The notes beneath the pieces were generated by a model. The model ran no database searches. It was not told the DNA's origin and saw only the letters and a program-made list of their open reading frames with translations. Made by a program: the position numbers and the translations under genes. Positions 30,216 to 40,319 of a stretch of DNA of 64,000 nucleotides are shown in pieces (the stretch's first letter is position 1; the number at the start of each line of letters is the position of its first letter). Location: assembly GCA_947085195.1 (NCBI GenBank), contig CAMTVM010000026.1:627-64626 (forward strand), given 5' to 3'. The DNA is from an uncultured Chloroflexota bacterium. Lineage in GTDB: Bacteria > Chloroflexota > Limnocylindria > Limnocylindrales > CSP1-4.

Positions 30216-30809
30216 TCAGTCGCGGAGCAGCGTCCGGAGCGCCGCCTTGACGCGCTCTTCCAGCCCCGCGCCAACGGCAGCATCGTTGACCGCCAGCCGT
30301 GACGCCTCGCGGGCCTCGCCCAGTGAGTAACCCAGGGTCTGGAGGGCGGCGACGACATCGCCCTCCGACGCGGTGGAGATGGAGGCCGACGTTCCGGCGG
30401 CGAGACCCGCGGCGGAGACCTTCTCCTTGAGTTCGAAGATGATCCGCTCGGCGAGCTTCCTTCCGATGCCCGGGGTCGAGACGAGGACCGCCTGGTCCTG
30501 CTGGAGGATCGCCAACTGGAGATCCGCCGTCGCCCGCGACCCGACGATGGCCATCGCCACCTTCGGCCCGACGCCGGTCACGGTCAGCAACAAGTTGAAG
30601 AACCCGAGCTCCTCCGAGTTGCGGAACCCGAACAGCGCCTGCTGGTCCTCGCGGACGAGGTGGTAGGTGTGGAGCTTGAGCCTGCCGCCGGCGGTGGCGG
30701 TGGCCAGGACGGCGGGGGCTGCAAAGACCCTGTAGCCGATCCCGCCGGTCTCGATGACGAGCGAATCGACCGCAATGGCGCCGACGACACCTTCGACCGA
30801 GGCGATCAC
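30216..30809 (-). CDS. ruvA: Holliday junction DNA-binding protein RuvA
   Basis: GTG 30809 gives (M)IASVEGVVGAIAVDSLVIETGGIGYRV. HhH motifs GVGPKVA / PGIGRKLA. GTGA overlap with the ruvC stop. Confidence 0.9.
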   Translation of the reverse strand: MIASVEGVVGAIAVDSLVIETGGIGYRVFAAPAVLATATAGGRLKLHTYHLVREDQQALFGFRNSEELGFFNLLLTVTGVGPKVAMAIVGSRATADLQLAILQQDQAVLVSTPGIGRKLAERIIFELKEKVSAAGLAAGTSASISTASEGDVVAALQTLGYSLGEAREASRLAVNDAAVGAGLEERVKAALRTLLRD

Positions 30810-31477
30810 GGGCGTCGGCCTGCGCTCAGGAGCCGCGCCGCGCGAGTTGGCGCGGACGCCGGCACGGACGAGGCCGCGGTCTCGCGGGCGAGCGCCTCGC
30901 GCACCGAACGCTCGTACGGCGTCTCGCCCCGGGTGATGGGGTTGATGGCTGAACGATCCATGAGCGCGGCCTTGCCGGCGCCGGTGCCCGCGTTGAGCCG
31001 GTCGGCGGCCCGCTCGGCGTTGGCGATGCAGATCGCGGTCGCAAGGGCGTCGGCGGTGTCGTCCGGCGTGGGGATCTCTGCGAGCTGCAGGATCACGGTC
31101 ACCATCCGGCCGACCTGCTCCTTGTCGGCGCTGCCGTAGCCGGTGACGGCCATCTTGACCTCGTTGGGTGTCGCCTCGCGCACCGGCACCCCCGCCTGGG
31201 CGGCCGCGAGGAGCACGACGCCACGCGCCTGGCCAACGGCGAATGCGGTCTGGGCGTTCTTCGAGAAGAACAGGCGCTCCACGGCGACGAGGTCCGGGTT
31301 GTGGGTCTCGATCAGCTCCGCCACGTGCGCGTGGATGAGGCGCAGCCGGTCCGGAAGCGGCGAATCCGCGCTGGTCGTGAGGCATCCGTAGTCCACCGCG
31401 CGCAGCACGCTGCCGGTCCGGTCGACGATCCCATAGCCGAGGGAGGCGGTCCCGGGGTCGATTCCCAGGACGATCAT
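30806..31477 (-). CDS. ruvC: Crossover junction endodeoxyribonuclease RuvC (with ~40-50 aa C-terminal extension)
   Basis: MIVLGIDPGTASLGYGIVD..., ERLFFSKN, DTADALATAI. Confidence 0.9.
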   Translation of the reverse strand: MIVLGIDPGTASLGYGIVDRTGSVLRAVDYGCLTTSADSPLPDRLRLIHAHVAELIETHNPDLVAVERLFFSKNAQTAFAVGQARGVVLLAAAQAGVPVREATPNEVKMAVTGYGSADKEQVGRMVTVILQLAEIPTPDDTADALATAICIANAERAADRLNAGTGAGKAALMDRSAINPITRGETPYERSVREALARETAASSVPASAPTRAARLLSAGRRP

Positions 31478-32223
31478 CCGGCCATCTCGGCCAGGATCTC
31501 CTCGGGGATGTCCACGTTCGCGGTCACGCGCTGCACGTCATCGAGATCCTCGAGCAGCTCGACCAGCCGCAGCGCCTTGCGGACGTGGTCCGCGTCCAGG
31601 CTGACCGTCTGCTGCGGGATCATCGCGTTCTCCGCCGACTCGACCTTGATCCCCGCGGCATCGAGCGCCTTGCGGACAGCCTCGAGGGCCCCCGGCTCCG
31701 TGTAGATCTCGATCGGATCCGCCTCGGTGTCCACGTCGGAGGCGCCGGCGTCGATCGCGGCCAGCGCGACCTCGTCGGCGTCGGCGCCGTCCCTCGGGAC
31801 CGTGATCAGGCCGCGGGCCTCGAACTGCCAGGCCACGGCACCGCTGCCGGCCAGCTGGCCGCCGGTCTTGGCGAAGATCGACCGCACCTCGGCCGCCGTG
31901 CGGTTCCGGTTGTCCGTGGCCGCTTCGACGAGGAAGGCGACCCCGCCCGGGCCGTACCCCTCGTAGACGATCTCCTCGTACTGCTCGGCTTCCCCGCCCC
32001 CGGTCGCCTTCTCGATCGACCGCTTGATGTTGTCGGCGGGCATGTTGATCGAGCGGGCCTTGTCGATCGCCAGGCGCAGGCGGTAGTTGGCGTCCGGGTC
32101 ACCGCCGCCCGCGCGGGCCGCCACCGCGATCTCGCGCGCAACCTTCGTGAACATGGCGCTGCGCTTCGAGTCGTTGACGCCCTTCTGGCGCTTGATCGTG
32201 GACCATTTGGAATGTCCTGACAT
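31474..32223 (-). CDS. yebC: YebC/PmpR-family transcriptional regulator
   Basis: MSGHSKWSTIKRQKG... is the canonical YebC N-terminus. ATGA overlap with ruvC. Confidence 0.9.
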   Translation of the reverse strand: MSGHSKWSTIKRQKGVNDSKRSAMFTKVAREIAVAARAGGGDPDANYRLRLAIDKARSINMPADNIKRSIEKATGGGEAEQYEEIVYEGYGPGGVAFLVEAATDNRNRTAAEVRSIFAKTGGQLAGSGAVAWQFEARGLITVPRDGADADEVALAAIDAGASDVDTEADPIEIYTEPGALEAVRKALDAAGIKVESAENAMIPQQTVSLDADHVRKALRLVELLEDLDDVQRVTANVDIPEEILAEMAG

Positions 32224-32394
32224 CGGGCGCGAGTATACCGACTATCATCGGGACCACGGGTCCGTCGTCCGGTGCCAGGGGAACCCACCGTCCCATGGGT
32301 GTTCCCGCATCGCCCGCCAGCCACCCTGCGCCACCATCCTGCTCGCCGCCGGAATCCCGGCCGAGCGGCCGCATACCGAGAGGAACCGCGCGCG

Positions 32395-34473
32395 ATGACG
32401 TTGAAGAGTCACGACCTCGCCCACATCCGCAGCGTCGTGCTCGCCGGCCATGCCGGGAGCGGGAAGACGACGCTGGCCGAGCAGGTGCTGTTTCGCGCCG
32501 GGGCGATCCCGCGACTGGGCCGGGTTGACGACGGGACGGCGCACCTGGACCACGAACCCGAGGAGCAGCGGCAGCGCCGCTCCCTGAGCCTCGCGGTCGG
32601 GACCTTCGAGCACGGCGAGTACGAGATCACGCTTGTCGACACGCCCGGGTACCCGGACTTCGTGGCCGAGATGATCCAGGGCTTCCATGCGGCCGATGCG
32701 GCCCTGTACGTGGTCGATGCCTCGGGCGGCGTGGATTCGGGCCTGGAGACGGCGATCAAGGTCGGTCGCGCCACCGGCACAGCGGCCTGCTTCATCCTCA
32801 ACAAGTGCGACCGGGAGAACGCGGACCCCGCGGGCGCGCTCGACGAGCTGCGTCGGGTGTTCGGCAACAAGGTCGCGCCGCTCCACTTGGCCATCGGCGC
32901 AGCAGACACGTTCAGCGGCTACGTGGACCTCGTCCATCGCAAGGCCTACCGGTTCGAGGGCGGCAAGGAGGTCGAGATCCCCGTCCCGGCCGAGATGGCC
33001 GACGAGGTGGCGACCCGCCGGGACCAGCTGCTCGAGGCGGCGGCCGAGGCCGACGACGCGGTCTTCGAGAAGTACCTGGGCGAGGAGGACATCTCCGACG
33101 CCGAACTGGACGCGTGCCTCCACAAGGGCGTCCGCGAGTCCCTGCTGGCGCCGGTCCTCGTCGCCTCGGCCGCGAAGGGGATCGGCCTGGGTGCGCTCCT
33201 TGACGCGATCGTGCGCTACCTCCCCTCGCCGGAGGAGGAGGGTCCCTACGCGGCCCAGGACAAGGCCGGCAAGGATGTGGCGGTCGAGGCGTCGGCTTCC
33301 GGTCCGCTTCTCGTTCGGGTGTTCAAGACCGCCGCCGATCCGTACGTCGGACGGCTGACGTACCTGCGTGTCCTGTCCGGCACGCTCAAGAGCCAGGCCG
33401 GCGTGTTCAACGCCAGCAAGGGCGAGGACGAGCGCATCGGCCAGCTCCTCTACCTCCACGGCAAGGAGCAGGAGCCCACGCCGGAGCTCCGCGCCGGGGA
33501 GATCGGTGCGATTGCGAAGCTCGGCCTCACGGAGACCGGCGACACGCTCGGGTCGCGCGATCGAGCCCTGCGCCTGCCCGAGATCGTCTTCCCGAACCCG
33601 ATGCTCCAGGTGGCGATCGATCCGCTGTCCAAGGGCGACCTGGACAAGATGGGCCCCGCGCTCCAGCGGATGCTGGAGGAGGAACCATCCGCGCGCGTCG
33701 AGCGCAGCGAGACCGGCGAGCAGATCCTGCGGGCGATCGGCGAGGCCCATGTGGCCGTCATCTGCGACCGGCTGAAGCGCAAGTTCGGGGCCTCGATCGT
33801 CACCCGGACGCCCACGGTCCCCTACCGCGAGACCATTCGCGGCACCACCAAGGCGCACGGCCGCTACAAGAAGCAGACCGGCGGCCACGGCATGTTCGGC
33901 GACGTCTGGATCGAGCTTGAGCCCAACCCGGCAGCGGGCGTGGAGTTCGCCGACAGGGTGGTCGGCGGCTCCGTTCCCAAGGGCTTCTTCACGGGGATCG
34001 AGAAGGGCATCCGCGAGACGGCCGCCGACGGCGTGCTGGCGGGCTTCCCGCTGGTCGACTTCAAGGCCACGCTCTACGACGGCTCATTCCACCCTGTGGA
34101 CAGCAACGAGCTCTCGTTCAAGATCGCGGCCTCGATGGCGCTCAAGGAGGGCGTGCTCCAGGCCAGGCCCGTGCTTCTTGAGCCGATCATGACCGTCCAC
34201 GTCCTCGTCCCGGAGCAGTACCTGGGCGAGGTCAACCGGGACCTGAACGGCCGCCGCGGCCGCGTCCTGGGCATGGACACCGTGGAAGGGATGCAGGTCA
34301 TCTCCGCGCACGTCCCGCAGGCCGAACTGTTCTCGTACGCCACGGAACTGCGGTCCCTCACCGGTGGCCGGGGCACGTTCAGCGCGGAACTCGACCACTA
34401 CGAGGATGTGCCGTCGCACCTCGCCGAGAAGATCATCGAGACCCATAAGAAGGACCACGCCGAGGGTCACTGA
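32395..34473 (+). CDS. Elongation factor G-like paralog (FusA2/EF-G2 type)
   Basis: ATG 32395 with a GAGAGGAA RBS. G1 motif is AGHAGSGKTT rather than AHIDAGKTT. DTPGYPDF, NKCD, and EF-G domains II-V. Confidence 0.85.
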   Translation: MTLKSHDLAHIRSVVLAGHAGSGKTTLAEQVLFRAGAIPRLGRVDDGTAHLDHEPEEQRQRRSLSLAVGTFEHGEYEITLVDTPGYPDFVAEMIQGFHAADAALYVVDASGGVDSGLETAIKVGRATGTAACFILNKCDRENADPAGALDELRRVFGNKVAPLHLAIGAADTFSGYVDLVHRKAYRFEGGKEVEIPVPAEMADEVATRRDQLLEAAAEADDAVFEKYLGEEDISDAELDACLHKGVRESLLAPVLVASAAKGIGLGALLDAIVRYLPSPEEEGPYAAQDKAGKDVAVEASASGPLLVRVFKTAADPYVGRLTYLRVLSGTLKSQAGVFNASKGEDERIGQLLYLHGKEQEPTPELRAGEIGAIAKLGLTETGDTLGSRDRALRLPEIVFPNPMLQVAIDPLSKGDLDKMGPALQRMLEEEPSARVERSETGEQILRAIGEAHVAVICDRLKRKFGASIVTRTPTVPYRETIRGTTKAHGRYKKQTGGHGMFGDVWIELEPNPAAGVEFADRVVGGSVPKGFFTGIEKGIRETAADGVLAGFPLVDFKATLYDGSFHPVDSNELSFKIAASMALKEGVLQARPVLLEPIMTVHVLVPEQYLGEVNRDLNGRRGRVLGMDTVEGMQVISAHVPQAELFSYATELRSLTGGRGTFSAELDHYEDVPSHLAEKIIETHKKDHAEGH

Positions 34474-34522
34474 CCCGGGGCCGCCTGGACTCGCGCCGGG
34501 CGACGCGCCCGGTTGCCGGCTG

Positions 34523-35275
34523 TCAGAGCCCGTGCGGCCTGTCCCCCACCGCCCGCATCAGCTCCCCGATCTCGACCTGTCCCTCGTAGATGGCGCGACC
34601 GACGATCGCCCCGGAGCAGCCGGCCGCCTGGACCGCGAGGACATCCGCCAGCGAGGACACGCCGCCGGACGCGATGATCCGCCCCCGTCCGAGGGCCACG
34701 AGTGACCGCAGCAGCGCCAGGTCGGGGCCGCCGAGGAGCCCATCACGGTCGATCGCGGTGACCTCGAAGGTTTCGACGCCGGCCGACGCGAGCATCGCCA
34801 CCGCGTCCGCAGCGGCGATCCCGTTCGCGCCGGGTCGCCAGCCCTCTCCGAGCGCGAGTCCGTCGCGCACGTCGATCGAGGCGACGATCCGAAACGCCCC
34901 GTGCCGGGCGACGATCGAGACGGCGAACTCCGGGTCCCGCAGCGCTGCGGTGCCCACGGCGACGCGCGCGCACCCGGTGCCAAGGGCCCCGGCAACGGCT
35001 TCAGCCGTGCGGAGACCCCCGCCGAGCTCCACGCGGGCCTGGCCATGGACCTCGGTGACGATCGCGGCGACGAGCTCCAGCTGGCTGGGCTCCCCCACCC
35101 GGGCGCCGTCCAGGTCCACCACGTGGAGCCAGGTGGCGCCGGCCGCCGCAAAGGTGCGCGCGACCAGGACGGCATCGTGGGAGTAGGCGGTTTCGCGCGA
35201 GAAGTCCCCCTGCTGAAGGCGGACGACGCGGCCTCCACGGAGGTCGATGGCCGGCAGGAGTTCGAACGTTGACAC
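34523..35275 (-). CDS. hisA: ProFAR isomerase HisA (possibly PriA-type)
   Basis: LLPAIDLRGGRVVRLQQGDF..., GGGLRT, ASGGVSSLADV. Confidence 0.9.
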   Translation of the reverse strand: MSTFELLPAIDLRGGRVVRLQQGDFSRETAYSHDAVLVARTFAAAGATWLHVVDLDGARVGEPSQLELVAAIVTEVHGQARVELGGGLRTAEAVAGALGTGCARVAVGTAALRDPEFAVSIVARHGAFRIVASIDVRDGLALGEGWRPGANGIAAADAVAMLASAGVETFEVTAIDRDGLLGGPDLALLRSLVALGRGRIIASGGVSSLADVLAVQAAGCSGAIVGRAIYEGQVEIGELMRAVGDRPHGL

Positions 35276-35290
35276 GGTCTCCTGTCTCCA

Positions 35291-35318
35291 CTATCGTTGT
35301 AGCACGCTAATACGATAG
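35291..35318. promoter_or_regulatory. 28-bp near-palindrome in the hisA / regulator-hisG divergent promoter region (candidate operator)
   Basis: CTATCGTTGTAGCA|CGCTAATACGATAG has 11/14 symmetric positions, with perfect arms CTATCGT/ACGATAG. It sits in the only AT-rich patch of the 117-nt intergenic region. Confidence 0.4.
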
Positions 35319-35392
35319 CATGTAGGTAATCGAGCGCAGACGCTCGGGCGCACCCGCGCTCGGGCGCACAGTTCAGGAGGAACCTCGAACCC

Positions 35393-35719
35393 ATGGCCGA
35401 CGACTGGCGCACCCCGGACACCGAAGCGCTGGTGGATGCCATTCTGCGCCTCGACGACCGCGACGGTGCCACCCGGTTCCTGCGGGACCTGTGCACGCTC
35501 GGTGAGCTGCACGACATGGCCCAGCGCTGGGCGGTAGCGCGGCTGCTCGACGCCGGCATGCACTATGCCGAGATCTCACGACGCACGGGCGCCAGCACCG
35601 CCACCATCACCCGGATCGCGTCCTGGCTCAACCACGGCGAGGGCGGCTACCGGCGGATGCTGGATCGCCTCAAGGCCGCGGACGGCACGGCTCCCTCCCT
35701 GACCCGGGTCGAGCGGTGA
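35393..35719 (+). CDS. YerC/YecD-family TrpR-like DNA-binding protein (candidate histidine regulon repressor)
   Basis: LRDLCTLGELHDMAQRWAVARLLDAGMHYAEISRRTGASTATITRIASWL is the TrpR/YerC HTH pattern. The stop overlaps the hisG GTG (GTGA). Confidence 0.75.
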   Translation: MADDWRTPDTEALVDAILRLDDRDGATRFLRDLCTLGELHDMAQRWAVARLLDAGMHYAEISRRTGASTATITRIASWLNHGEGGYRRMLDRLKAADGTAPSLTRVER

Positions 35720-36576
35720 GGGAGCGCCTTCGCATCGCCATCCCGAACAAGGGCCGGCTCGTCGAGCCGACGCTCAGCCTGCTGCACGCTTCCGGGCTCA
35801 TGTTCGAGGAGCACGACCGGAGCCTCGTCGCCCGGGTCCAGAACCACCCCCTGGACATCCTTTTCGTCCGCACCGGCGACGTCATCGAGTTCGTCAACGA
35901 CGGCGTGGCCGATGTGGGCGTCACGGGCGGCGACATTCTCGCCGAATCCGGTGTGGACCTGCCCGTCATCCGCAGCCTCGGATACGGTCGCTGCCGGCTG
36001 GCCGCCGCCGTGTCCTCGGATTCCCCCTACGAGGCCATCGCGGACCTGGGCGGGGTCCGGATCGCGACGTCGCACCCGAACGTCACGCGCCGGTTCTTCG
36101 CGGACCAGGGAATCGCGGTGGAGGTCATCTCGCTCTCGGGCGCCGTGGAGGTCGCGCCGCGCCTGGGCCTGGCCGACGCGATCGTCGACCTCGTCTCCAC
36201 GGGCTCCACCCTGGCGATGAACGGCCTGCGCGCGATCGGTGACATCCTGGCCTCGGAGGCGATCCTCGTCGCCAGCCCCGACAGCATCCGCCAGCGGCCG
36301 GAGGAGATCGAAGGCATCGTCACAATGCTCGGCTCCGTGATCGCGGCCCGCGGCCGCAAGTACCTGATGATGAACGCGCCAGCGGCGAAGCTCGCTGAGC
36401 TCGATGCGCTGCTGCCCGGGCTCGAGTCGCCGTCGGTGATGCCGCTCGCCCACGCCGGCATGATTGCGATCCATGCCGTGGTCGGGGCGGATGAAGTCTG
36501 GGGTCTCCTCCCCCGCCTCAAGGCTGCGGGGGCCTCCGGGATCCTGGTCCTGCCGATCGAGAAGATCCTCCAGTGA
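35716..36576 (+). CDS. hisG: ATP phosphoribosyltransferase, long form
   Basis: LRIAIPNKGRL..., DLVSTGSTL, C-terminal regulatory domain (286 aa). Confidence 0.9.
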   Translation: MRERLRIAIPNKGRLVEPTLSLLHASGLMFEEHDRSLVARVQNHPLDILFVRTGDVIEFVNDGVADVGVTGGDILAESGVDLPVIRSLGYGRCRLAAAVSSDSPYEAIADLGGVRIATSHPNVTRRFFADQGIAVEVISLSGAVEVAPRLGLADAIVDLVSTGSTLAMNGLRAIGDILASEAILVASPDSIRQRPEEIEGIVTMLGSVIAARGRKYLMMNAPAAKLAELDALLPGLESPSVMPLAHAGMIAIHAVVGADEVWGLLPRLKAAGASGILVLPIEKILQ

Positions 36577-37916
36577 CGGCCGACCTCCGCCTCCGGCGCC
36601 TGGACCTTCGCACGCCCGGCGCCGCGGCCAGCGCCGCGCGCGACGCGTTGTTCCGGCGGGGCGCCGTGCCCGACGCCAGGGTCCGCGAAGCCGCCCGCGC
36701 GATCCTCGCCGATGTCCGCGCCCGCGGCGCGGCCGCCGTCCGCGAGGCCTCGGCCCGCTTCGGCGGCGGGCGTCCGGACGGCCGTCTGCTCCTGCGCCGC
36801 GCGGAGCTGGAAGTGGCCGTCTCCGCACTCACCCGCGAGGAGCGCGACGCCCTCGAGGCGGCCATCGCCAACGTCCGTCGGTTCGCGGAGGCACAGCGGC
36901 CGGCGACCACGCGGACCACGGTCCTCCCGGGTGTGGAGCTCGAGCGCCGGTGGCTCCCGCTCTCCCGCGTGGGAGCCTACGTGCCCGGCGGCTCGGCTCC
37001 GTATCCCTCGTCCCTCGTCATGACCGTGGTGCCGGCCCGGGTCGCCGGGGTGGACACGGTGGTGGTGGCGAGCCCGGCGGACCGCAACGGTCAGATCCAC
37101 CCGGTCCTCCTGGGCGCGGCCGGTCTGCTCGGCGTAGACGGCCTGCTGGTGGCCGGTGGGGCACAGGCGATCGGGGCGCTCACCTACGGCCTTCCCGAGG
37201 AGGGCCTGGAGCCCGTGGACCTGATCGTGGGGCCCGGGAGCGCCTGGGTGACCGCCGCCAAGATCGAGGTCGTCGGGGAGGTGGGGATCGACCTGCCCGC
37301 CGGCCCGTCCGAAGGTCTGGTCCTTGCCGACGCTGCCGCCGATGCCGCCACGGTGGCCGCGGATCTGATCACGCAGGCCGAGCACGGCGTGGACTCCCCT
37401 GCCCTGCTCGTCACGCCCGACGAGGCGCTCGCCGACGCCGTGGAAGCCGAGGTCCGCCGCCGTCTCGCGGGGGCCCTGCGGCATGACATCCTCACCCACG
37501 CCCTCGCCGACCACGGCCGGATCGTCCTCGTCGCGGATCTTGCCGCCGGCATCGACTTCGTCAACGGCTACGGCCCGGAGCACCTTTCGGTGGACGTGGA
37601 GGATCTCGAGGGCGTCGTGGCCAGGATCCGCAACGCCGGATCCATCTTCGTCGGCCGCTGGTCCCCCGAAGCCGCCGGCGACTACGCCTCGGGTGCCAAC
37701 CACGTCCTCCCGACCGGCGGCCTTGCCCGGAGCTGCGGCCCGCTCGCGGTCGAGACGTACGGCAAGTTCAACCAGATCCAGCGGATCACCCGCGAGGGAC
37801 TGGCGGCGCTGCGCCCGGCGATCCGCACCCTGGCGGAAGCCGAGGGCCTGCTGGCGCACCGAGATGCCGTGGAGGTGCGCTTCGAAGGCGACGCCGCATG
37901 GGAGGTTGTCCGATGA
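36573..37916 (+). CDS. hisD: Histidinol dehydrogenase
   Basis: YVPGGSAPYPSSLVM, TQAEHG, ANHVLPTGG. Confidence 0.95.
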   Translation: MTADLRLRRLDLRTPGAAASAARDALFRRGAVPDARVREAARAILADVRARGAAAVREASARFGGGRPDGRLLLRRAELEVAVSALTREERDALEAAIANVRRFAEAQRPATTRTTVLPGVELERRWLPLSRVGAYVPGGSAPYPSSLVMTVVPARVAGVDTVVVASPADRNGQIHPVLLGAAGLLGVDGLLVAGGAQAIGALTYGLPEEGLEPVDLIVGPGSAWVTAAKIEVVGEVGIDLPAGPSEGLVLADAAADAATVAADLITQAEHGVDSPALLVTPDEALADAVEAEVRRRLAGALRHDILTHALADHGRIVLVADLAAGIDFVNGYGPEHLSVDVEDLEGVVARIRNAGSIFVGRWSPEAAGDYASGANHVLPTGGLARSCGPLAVETYGKFNQIQRITREGLAALRPAIRTLAEAEGLLAHRDAVEVRFEGDAAWEVVR

Positions 37917-39058
37917 GCCCCAGTCCCGTCACCGCGTCGTCGCCCACGCAACCGGCCTCCTACAGCTGGGAGGCAACCGACGAAGGCGTGGCCGAGCGGT
38001 ACGGCCTCCCGATCGAGCAGGTGGTGCGGTTCGACCTCAACACGTCGCCGACGCCCCCGCGGTTCGTTGCGGGGCTGCTCGCGGGCGGCGTGTTCGAGAC
38101 GAGCCTGTCCGAGTACCCGCCCGGCGACTACCGCCGGCTGGTGGATGCGGCCGCCGCCCGCTACGGCGTGGGCACCGACGAGGTAGTGCCGGGAGCCGGC
38201 GCCGACGAGATCCTGGAGATGTGCGCGAAGGCGTTCCTGCCGCCCGGCCGGGCCGCGGTCATCCCCATCCCGAGCTACGCGATGTACCGCGTCGTCACCG
38301 AGCAGCGTGGCGGGACGGTCCTTGCGGTGCCGCGCCTGGGCCCGGACCAGGGGTTCGCCATGGACCTCGCCGCGGTCCGGGAGGCCGCCCGGGACGCCGC
38401 CATGGTCTGGGTGTGCAACCCGAACAACCCGTCCGGCAGCCTGGAGCCCGATGGAGCTGTCGAGGCGCTCCTGTCCGGCATCGCCGATGACGCCGCAGCG
38501 GCCGGACGGGCGCCGGCGGCGGTCGTCGTTGACGAGGCCTATGCCGAGTTCAGCGGCGTCAGCGTGATCCCGCTGCGGGCCCGCCACCCGAACCTCGTGG
38601 TCGTGCGGACGGCGTCCAAGGCGTATGCGCTCGCCGGCCTGCGGGTGGGCTTCGCCATCGCGGCGCCCGAGACCCTCGACCGGATCGGGCTGTACCGGCC
38701 ACCCGGCTCCATCGGCACGATCTCGGTGACGGTGGTCACCCGTGCCCTGCGGGACGCCGGAGAGATGCGGGAGAACGTGGCGCGGGTCGAGCGGGAACGG
38801 GTGCGGTTGGCCGACGGGCTGGCGGCCGCGGGCTGGCTCCCGTACCCGTCGGTGACCAACTTCGTCCTGGCGAACCTGGGCTCGCCGGAGCGGGCAGCGG
38901 CGGTCGCGGAGGGACTCCTGCGACGCGGCCTCGTGCCGCGGACGTTCGGCGCCGGCCACCCTTTCGCCCACTGCCTGCGGATTACCGTCCGCGATCCCCA
39001 CGAGAACGACCAGCTCCTGGCCGCCGCCCAGGAACTGGCCCCGGAGGTGCCCGCATGA
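37913..39058 (+). CDS. hisC: Histidinol-phosphate aminotransferase
   Basis: ATG 37913 overlaps the hisD stop (ATGA). NPNNPSG, RTASKAYALAGLRVGF (PLP lysine). Confidence 0.9.
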   Translation: MSPSPVTASSPTQPASYSWEATDEGVAERYGLPIEQVVRFDLNTSPTPPRFVAGLLAGGVFETSLSEYPPGDYRRLVDAAAARYGVGTDEVVPGAGADEILEMCAKAFLPPGRAAVIPIPSYAMYRVVTEQRGGTVLAVPRLGPDQGFAMDLAAVREAARDAAMVWVCNPNNPSGSLEPDGAVEALLSGIADDAAAAGRAPAAVVVDEAYAEFSGVSVIPLRARHPNLVVVRTASKAYALAGLRVGFAIAAPETLDRIGLYRPPGSIGTISVTVVTRALRDAGEMRENVARVERERVRLADGLAAAGWLPYPSVTNFVLANLGSPERAAAVAEGLLRRGLVPRTFGAGHPFAHCLRITVRDPHENDQLLAAAQELAPEVPA

Positions 39059-39681
39059 CCACGCCCCTGGGCTCGCTGGACCTGACCGTCCTCGGATCAC
39101 GCCACGTCCGCGTGACCCGCCGCACCCGCGAGACCGACATCTCGATCGAGCTCGCCCTCGACGGGACCGGGCGCGCGGAGGTCGTCACCGGCGTCGGCTT
39201 CTACGATCACCTGCTCTCGTCCCTGGCGCACCACGGGCTGTTCGACATCGAGATCCAGGCGACCGGCGACCTGGAGGTCGACGAGCACCACACGGTGGAG
39301 GACGTCGCCCTGGTCCTGGGCGCCGCGTTCGCCGGAGCCCTGGGCGACCGGGCCGGGATCCGCCGCTTCGGGGACAGCTCGGTGCCGATGGACGAGGCCG
39401 TCGCCACCGCCGTCATCGACATCGGGGGCCGCCCGTACGCGGTGATCGATCTGCCGTTCCGGGCGGAGCGCGCCGGGACGCTGCCGCTGCAGCTCGTCGA
39501 CCACGCGCTGGAGTCGTTCGCACGGACCGCCGGGGCCACGCTCCACCTCCGTGGCACCGGACGCAACGACCACCATCAGGCCGAGGCGGCCTTCAAGGCG
39601 CTCGGCCGTGCGCTCCGGGTTGCGTGCGAGCCTGATCCCCGACGGACGGGCGTCGCGTCCACCAAGGGTGCGCTGGGGTGA
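39055..39681 (+). CDS. hisB: Imidazoleglycerol-phosphate dehydratase
   Basis: RETDISIELALDG, DHHTVEDVALVLG, NDHHQAEAAFKALGRAL. Confidence 0.9.
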   Translation: MTTPLGSLDLTVLGSRHVRVTRRTRETDISIELALDGTGRAEVVTGVGFYDHLLSSLAHHGLFDIEIQATGDLEVDEHHTVEDVALVLGAAFAGALGDRAGIRRFGDSSVPMDEAVATAVIDIGGRPYAVIDLPFRAERAGTLPLQLVDHALESFARTAGATLHLRGTGRNDHHQAEAAFKALGRALRVACEPDPRRTGVASTKGALG

Positions 39682-40319
39682 GCCCCGGTGCGTCCGCGCC
39701 GCGCGTTGCCGTCGTGGACTACGGCGCGGGCAACCTCGTCTCGATCGAGCAGGCGCTCACGGCGGCCGGCGCTCGCGTCCACCGCGCACAGACGGCCGCG
39801 GAGATCGCGGATCCAGACCTGCTCGTGGTCCCGGGTGTCGGGGCAGCCGCGCCGGCGATGGACCGCCTCCGCGAGGGGGGCCTGGTCAAGCCCATCCGGG
39901 ACTGGGTCGCGGCGGATCGCCCGTTCCTGGGCATCTGTCTCGGGCTCCAGCTCCTGTTCGACGGCAGCGACGAGGACGGGGCGGAGACGCTGGGGATCCT
40001 GCCCGGACGGACCGTTCGCCTCGACGGCGCCCCCACGCTGCCGCACATCGGCTGGAACCAGGTCGAGCGGCGGCGGGACCACCCGGCCTTCTCCGGCATC
40101 GCGCCAGGAGCGGAGTTCTACTTCGTGCACGCGTACGTCGGCGCCCCGGCGCACGAGACAGGTGATGCGCTGATCCTCGCGGACACCGAGCACGGACCCC
40201 GCTTCGTCTCCGCGGCGTCCCGAGGACGGCTCCTGGGTGTCCAGTTCCACCCGGAACGGTCCGGCCGCAACGGGCTGCGGTTCATGGCCAACGTTGTGGC
40301 CTGGACAGGCGCCGCCTGA
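39678..40319 (+). CDS. hisH: Imidazole glycerol phosphate synthase, glutaminase subunit
   Basis: [32 protein letters not shown]. Confidence 0.9.
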   Translation: MSPGASAPRVAVVDYGAGNLVSIEQALTAAGARVHRAQTAAEIADPDLLVVPGVGAAAPAMDRLREGGLVKPIRDWVAADRPFLGICLGLQLLFDGSDEDGAETLGILPGRTVRLDGAPTLPHIGWNQVERRRDHPAFSGIAPGAEFYFVHAYVGAPAHETGDALILADTEHGPRFVSAASRGRLLGVQFHPERSGRNGLRFMANVVAWTGAA

